A DNA stretch of 64,000 bases from assembly GCA_963844965.1 (NCBI GenBank), contig CAWJQC010000007.1, positions 1 to 64,000 on the forward strand. The letters run 5' to 3'. The stretch comes from an uncultured bacterium (lineage in GTDB: Bacteria > Patescibacteriota > Minisyncoccia > UBA6257 > 2-01-FULL-56-20). The translations under genes and the position numbers were made by a program. A model generated the notes under the pieces. The model was given only the letters and a program-made list of their open reading frames with translations, did not search any database and had not been told where the DNA came from. Shown here piece after piece: positions 58,551 to 64,000 of the stretch; the first letter of the stretch is position 1, and each line of letters begins with the position of its first letter.

Positions 58551-58583
58551 CCGGACCAGTCCTTCGCTTCAGGCCGCAATCCA

Positions 58584-59510
58584 ATGCTCAAAGATCTTAT
58601 GAGATTATTTAAAAACATTTCCGGCGCGGCGATTGGTTTCGCTTTCGTCTGCATCGTTTTATACTTAACGACGCTCACGGTTTCGGCTAGTCCGAATATC
58701 AGCTCCACGTATCCAAATTACTGGGGATGGAACGATGTGATGGGGTGGATAGATTTTTACGACACCAAGACCATCAATATTGGTTCAAATCAGACAACCA
58801 CGGGCTATGCCGGTTCTTCCGCCGGTTATATTTCTCTTGATTGCGCGACTACGTACAGCGGAAATATTTGCGGCACGAGCAACTACGGTGTTTACAATCC
58901 CGGCAACGGCAATCTCACCGGCTGGGGCTGGAACAATACTTACGGCTGGATAAGTTTTGATTGCCACAATAACGGCGGCTGCGGCAGCGGGCCAAGTTCG
59001 TCAACTTATCAGGTTGAAATCAATCCGGCTACCGGCGATTTCGGCGGCACCAATACCGTGGATTTTGCCTGGAACGATATTGTTGGCTGGATAAGTTTTA
59101 ACTGTTCCGATTATGGCGGTTGCGGAACCTCGATTTTTAAGGTGAATACAACGTGGCAGTCCACCTCTACCAGTGGCTATCTTGACTCCACTACCTACGA
59201 CACCGGAGTCGCCGGCGGTGCGGAATTGAACTCCATTGTCTGGCAGGGACCGTCGCTGCCGGCGGGGACGGCAGTGAGATTTCAAATTGCGGCGAGCAGC
59301 ACTCCGAACGGACCGTGGAATTTTATCGGTCCCGACGGAACCGGAAATGGTTACTATGTGGGTTTGGGGGCGCCTGGCTCATCCATCCAACTTGACTACG
59401 TTTTACACAATAACCAGCGATATTTCCGTTACCGCGTGATTTTGGTGTCGGACCAGACGCAAAAATTGACCCCGACCGTAAACAGCATCAGTGTCAATTG
59501 GAGCCCATGA
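58584..59510 (+). CDS. secreted Trp/Gly-rich repeat protein in the pilus cluster (possible tip/adhesin component)
   Basis: Signal/TM segment, then repeats WNDVMGWIDF / WNNTYGWISFDC / WNDIVGWISFNC. Confidence 0.45.
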   Translation: MLKDLMRLFKNISGAAIGFAFVCIVLYLTTLTVSASPNISSTYPNYWGWNDVMGWIDFYDTKTINIGSNQTTTGYAGSSAGYISLDCATTYSGNICGTSNYGVYNPGNGNLTGWGWNNTYGWISFDCHNNGGCGSGPSSSTYQVEINPATGDFGGTNTVDFAWNDIVGWISFNCSDYGGCGTSIFKVNTTWQSTSTSGYLDSTTYDTGVAGGAELNSIVWQGPSLPAGTAVRFQIAASSTPNGPWNFIGPDGTGNGYYVGLGAPGSSIQLDYVLHNNQRYFRYRVILVSDQTQKLTPTVNSISVNWSP

Positions 59511-59592
59511 AATTAATAAACAGTAGGTAGTAGGTGGTAAGTAGTAATTGGCGAATAAAAAACCGCGAATGCGTTATAATTAGATAACGAAC

Positions 59593-60024
59593 ATGGCCCT
59601 ACTACCTACTACTTACTACCCGCTACCTACCCATAGGGGGCAGGCGGCCCTGGCCCTGGTTCTTATAATCGGCGGGACAATAGTGACCGTCTCCTTAACT
59701 CTCGCGATCCTCACCACCTCCTTCGTCAATTCCGCTTACGGCTTCAGTGTTTCCGAGAGGGCAGAGGCGGTTGCTTCATCCGGAGCGGCGGATGCACTTG
59801 TGCGGCTTTTGCGCAATAAAGATTTCTCGTCTCCCGGTGGTTATTCGGTTAACGTTGGCAGCGACTCGGCTTGGGTAACCGTGAGCAACGGTTCGCCGAT
59901 TGCCGGTGAAGTTACTATAATCTCAAAAGCTACGGCTTCCACGCGCCAACGGACAACTACCGTTATCGCAGCCAGAAGTTCTACGAGCAGCCTTATAACC
60001 GTAGTTTCTAGGATACAGTCCTGA
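59593..60024 (+). CDS. minor pilin-like protein (RG|QAALALVLIIGG)
   Basis: Prepilin-like N-terminus. 143 aa. Confidence 0.5.
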   Translation: MALLPTTYYPLPTHRGQAALALVLIIGGTIVTVSLTLAILTTSFVNSAYGFSVSERAEAVASSGAADALVRLLRNKDFSSPGGYSVNVGSDSAWVTVSNGSPIAGEVTIISKATASTRQRTTTVIAARSSTSSLITVVSRIQS

Positions 60025-60040
60025 AGATTAATTTGAAGAC

Positions 60041-61554
60041 ATGGCAATAAATTTTAAATATTACGCAGGAAAAATATTGTCCGCTCTGAGGATTAAGACC
60101 TTCGTGGGCGGCTTGGAGGTTTCCGATTCGGTGATGCGCTTCGCGTATTTTGACGGAAGGACGTGGCGTTTGGCTGGCGTGCGCCTCGAACCGGGCATAA
60201 TCGATGGCGGCAAGATAAAAAACCGCGACGGTTTCATTTCGGCCCTGCAGGCGCTCAAGTCCCAGATTTTCAGCGGTCACGATTTAAAAAGAGGGCCAGC
60301 GTCATTGTTTCTTTGAGTTCCATCGGCATTTACAGCCAGGTATTCAGCTTGCCGATTATAGAGGGGGAAAATCTGGAGAAGGCCATCCAACTTAATGTTC
60401 AGATGGTTTCTCCGATTGAGGCCTCGCAGGCTTACTCCGGTTGGCAGAAGGTCGGCGAGGATAAGGCCTCTTTGCGCCTTGAAATTTTGAGCGCTTTCGT
60501 GGACAAATCGGTGATTGACGAACTTAATCAGGCGCTTTTTGACGGCGGCTTTGTCGCCGCAGCGGTTGATTCGCGGGCGTTGTCTCTCGCTCGTCTTTTC
60601 CGGGAGGAAGGGATTGGTTTTGACGAGAACAAGTCCTACGTGCTTCTGAGCATTGACAGTTCCGGCATGGATTTTTTGATAATCAGGCGTAGCCAACTTT
60701 ATTTTGAATATTTTAGCCCCTGGCGCGAGGCCGCGGACGAGAAAGGCGAAATACAAATCTCTTCATTCAATGCCGCAATCACACGCAATCTTCACCGCGT
60801 TATGAATTTTTACAGTCAGCACTGGCCGGAACCCCTGGAGGGCGTTATACTTTCCGCGACCGCGCTGGTTGACGAGACGAAGAAGGTCGTTGCCGAAAAT
60901 TTCTCGCTCCCGGTGAGGGAATTGCGGCTAAGCATGGACCAATCAATAGGTCCGGAATGGTTCGTCGCCCTGGGGTGTGGACTGCGGGGTGTGAAGCCGA
61001 GGGGCGCCGATAAAGAAGTGAGTTTGCTGGGGATCGGCGCCGCAGAGGAGTTTTATCGCGAACAGCTGATTGGATTCATGAGTTTTTGGCGCTTGCTTGT
61101 GCCACTCGTGCTCGGTTTACTTGTTGTATCGTTTTTCTTGTCGGATTTATTCCTGATTCAGACGCGTCATTCTCTCGAGGCGCGAGCGCTGCCCACTTTT
61201 TCAGGCGAGCAAACAAAAGAGTATTCTACGCTCGCGGCGCAAGCCGATGACTTCAACCGCTCAGTTAAGCTGATTGAGAGTGTCCAGAGTTCACTTTTTT
61301 CGGATGGTAAGCTTTGGGATAAAATTTCTGGAATTATGGCTACCGCCGGGGTAAAACCAGACCACCTTTCTTTCCAGGGCATTAATTCGCCGGTTGCTTT
61401 GAGCGGTACCGCCAAATCAGAGGATCAGGTTATGGCCTTCAAATCCGCATTGGCGAACGATCCAGAATTCGGCGGGGTTAATTTGCCGATTTCAAACATT
61501 GAAACCAACCCCGAAGGAGTTTCTTTTTCCCTTACCTTTAACATAAATCACTAA
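60041..61554 (+). CDS. pilM: PilM actin-like protein fused to a PilN-like TM/coiled-coil C-terminus, split by an A5 homopolymer frameshift at about 60285
   Basis: ORFs 60041-60316 and 60163-61554. Adding one A gives ..HDLKKRASVIVSL... A C-terminal TM (FWRLLVPLVLGLLVV) is followed by a PilN-like region. Confidence 0.7.
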
Positions 61555-61571
61555 AGGACGGTTCGGGCTGT

Positions 61572-62181
61572 TCAGCTGCCGGCGAGACCGATATCTTCGG
61601 CAGCTTTTTTGACAGCCCGAGCCAGCAGTTCGGAGTTCTCCTTCCCGATTTTCTTTAAGACGAATTCCCCAGCCTTTTTTCTTGTTCCTAGTCCAACACC
61701 ATCCAGATGCTCCACTCTTATGCCAATACGCAAGCGCCACAGTTTTTTTGTGCCCAGACGGCTGATTATGGATTCAACTCCTTTGTGGCCGGCCGAGCCG
61801 CGGTTCCAGGACAACTTCGTGCGGCCGATCTCGAGAATCGCTGTCGTCGTGTATGACAAGGATTTCTTCGGGTCGGAGGTTGAAATAGTGGAGCGCCTTC
61901 TCTGCCACCGCACCGGATTCGTTCATAAAGGTCAAGGACTTGATCCAGACGAGCCTTTTCCCCCTGCAATATTCAAAGGACCTTCCGACTCTTTTCGTGG
62001 CAGCTGCTTCTTTGGTGTGATTCCGGCGCAGCCAATCAACAGCGCTGATACCGACATTGTGATAGGTGTTTTCGTATTCGGCCGCGGCATTTCCGAGTCC
62101 GATTATGGCTTTGATAGACGAGGCATCCCATTGTTTTTCACCCTCGGAGCTCGGAGCTTGATTCGATCCTTTTTTAGTCAT
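61572..62181 (-). CDS. pth: peptidyl-tRNA hydrolase, split by a 1-nt frameshift
   Basis: N-terminal IIGLGNAAAEYENTYHNVG..VIHDDSD in ORF 61774-62181. C-terminal ..GSAGHKGVESIISRLGTKKLWRLRIGI.. in ORF 61572-61913. Confidence 0.75.
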
Positions 62182-62227
62182 ATAATGTAGTATAACGCTG
62201 CGGGGAAAAAATTAGAAATTTTTTATA

Positions 62228-62779
62228 TTGATGCGCCAATTTTTCGCTTCGGTTTTGGAGGTTTTCGAGGTCGCCCTCGTTGCCGTGGGCGCCGTCTTTG
62301 TGATCCGAAGCTTTTTGGTCCAGCCGTTTCTTGTAAGCGGCTCAAGCATGGTCCCGAATTTCAAGAACGGCGATTATCTTCTCGTGGACGAGCTGACCTA
62401 TCGCTTTCGTCCGCCGGAGCGCGGCGAAGTGATCGTTTTCCGGTACCCGAACGATCCGTCAACATACTTTATCAAACGCATCGTCGGCCTTCCGGGTGAG
62501 CGAATTGTGATTAAAGACGACAAAATTATGGTTTATAACCAAACGACCACTGGCGGTTTCGTTTTGACGGAAGATTATCTGCCCAAGTCGATTTACACGA
62601 ACGGCGATGAAGAATTCAAATTAAAAGATGATCAGTATCTGACGCTGGGGGATAATCGTTCGCTCAGTTTTGATTCGCGAAGCTGGGGACCTCTTCCCAA
62701 GAACGATATTGTTGGCCTTGTGCGCTTGCGGCTTTGGCCCCTACCGGATTTCCAGGCGTTCGCGGCGCCGCAATACTAA
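62228..62779 (+). CDS. lepB: signal peptidase I
   Basis: GSSMVPNF (catalytic Ser), KRIVGLPGE, GDNRSLSFDSRSWG. Confidence 0.85.
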   Translation: MMRQFFASVLEVFEVALVAVGAVFVIRSFLVQPFLVSGSSMVPNFKNGDYLLVDELTYRFRPPERGEVIVFRYPNDPSTYFIKRIVGLPGERIVIKDDKIMVYNQTTTGGFVLTEDYLPKSIYTNGDEEFKLKDDQYLTLGDNRSLSFDSRSWGPLPKNDIVGLVRLRLWPLPDFQAFAAPQY

Positions 62780-62890
62780 ATTAAACTTACGAAAATACGA
62801 AAATATACGAAAATATGAAAGGAAACGAGGATTCATTTTTTTCGTACGTTCGTACAATTTCGTACTTTCGTAAGGGTGAGCAGAAGCGAA

Positions 62891-64000
62891 CATGAAAAAC
62901 AAATCCAAAAACAAGGAAACGCCGAAGATGTTCCAAGCGCCGAAGGGGATGCATGATGTTTTGCCCCACGACCAGCCGTACTGGGAGAGAATTGAATCTG
63001 TCGTGAAAGATGCGGCGCGGTACTTTAATTTCCAGAGGATTGAGCCGCCGATTTTGGAGGATGCCGATTTGTTTAAGAAGACCACTGGCGAGGACAGCGA
63101 CATTGTTCAGAAAGAAATGTATACCCTAAGGACAAAAGGCGGCGATTTGCTGGCGCTACGGCCGGAATATACGCCGTCAATCTGCCGCGCCTATTTGGAA
63201 CACGGACTCTCGCGCCTTGGTCAGCCACAGAAGCTTTTCCATTTCGGCCCGGTTTTTCGCCATGACCGCCCGCAGCTCGGCCGGTTCCGGCAGTTCACCC
63301 AATTTGGCTTTGAGATTCTTGGCGGTCCGAACGATCCGATTTACGACGCGCAAGTGATTTTGATTTACAACACCATCCTTGAGGATTTGAAAATAAAAAA
63401 TACATTATTGAAAATAAATTCAATAGGGTGCAAGGTTTGCCGGCCCCTCTATAAGAAACAGTTGCAGAACTATTACAAAAATCACGAGAAAGAATTGTGC
63501 GCTGATTGTGCGAGGCGCCTGAAAACTAACCCATTGCGCCTTCTTGATTGTAAAAACGAGAACTGCGAGAAATTGAAGAGTAAGGCGCCGAATTTCCTGG
63601 ACAAACTGTGCGCCACCTGCGGCAAACACTTCAGAGAGGTGTTGGAATATTTGGATGAGCTTAACATTCCATACACTCTTGATAACCAGCTCGTTAGGGG
63701 GCTTGATTACTACAGCCGGACGGTTTTTGAAATTTACGCGGACGGCGTCGGCAGCGATGTCGGCGCTTTGCCTGCTGGCGGACGCTACGATTATCTGATG
63801 GAATTTTTGGGCGGGCGCCTCACGTTCGCGGTGGGAGCCGCTTGCGGCGTTGAACGATTGATCGCCGTTATGAAGCTGCGCGAGATTGGTTTGCAGCCGA
63901 AGATTATGAAACGGATTTTTCTGGCGCACGCCGGGGACTTGGCAAAACGAAAGGCGCTAAAGTTGATGAAAACTTTGGAATCAGAGGGGATTCCGGTGGT
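62891..64000 (+). CDS. hisS: histidyl-tRNA synthetase (3' partial, runs off the window) with a Cys-rich insertion
   Basis: HisRS motifs ..GMHDVLP.., ..LRPEYTPSICRAY.., ..GGRYDYL... Insertion CKVCRP..CADCARR..C..C..CATC. Confidence 0.85.

Noticed and set aside
1-64000. CRISPR array
   Set aside because: No regularly spaced direct repeats with unique spacers were found. The only multi-copy short repeats are the relA-end copies, the TR/VRs and the IS copies.

Overview
This 64-kb window looks like a Patescibacteria/CPR-type (Parcubacteria-like) genome fragment, inferred from the short IF-2 and RelA, a dense type IV pilus cluster and many small ORFs. That lineage call is inference only.

The central finding is a complete diversity-generating retroelement (DGR) at 32.2-38.8 kb.
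- The reverse transcriptase carries the DGR-specific GNLTSQ motif.
- An Avd-like four-helix-bundle gene lies next to it.
- A 106-nt template repeat (TR, 36576-36681) matches three variable repeats at the 3' ends of three paralogous target genes.
- The 33 TR/VR mismatches all sit at TR adenines (coding sense).
- The locus is bracketed by a vWA protein and a MoxR-like AAA+ ATPase.

Mobile and horizontally acquired DNA is abundant.
- There are three IS3-family copies. Two are inverted and flank about 3.2 kb of cargo that includes a ParB-methyltransferase gene. One copy is degenerate.
- One IS3 copy abuts a 5'-truncated IS481-like transposase and an IS200-type tnpA, forming an IS nest.
- A large serine recombinase sits next to tRNA-Val, with a frameshifted methyltransferase-Mrr fusion beside it.
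- An AT-rich EcoRV-like restriction-modification island is present.
- Three tandem copies of the 3' end of relA (identical peptide, synonymous nucleotide changes) point to repeated site-specific integrations into that gene.

Other non-coding and structural observations:
- Two paralogous structured-RNA-like motifs with compensatory base changes flank the DGR/methyltransferase region.
- tRNA 3' fragments and palindromic repeats surround the tRNA-Leu and tRNA-Ile loci.
- A Cache-domain-pilin in-frame fusion ORF begins the pilus cluster.
- The window opens with a copper/redox gene cluster (Cu-ATPase, DsbA and Cys-rich or His/Met-rich proteins).

Housekeeping genes present are copA-like, infB, rbfA, parAB, relA, topA, dprA, rluA, pilBCM with pilins, pth, lepB and hisS. 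The five tRNAs are Ser-GCT, Leu-CAA, Leu-TAA, Val-GAC and Ile-GAT.

Many genes, including the essential pth, carry single-nucleotide frameshifts. Some of these are therefore probably sequencing artefacts, and pseudogene calls are uncertain.
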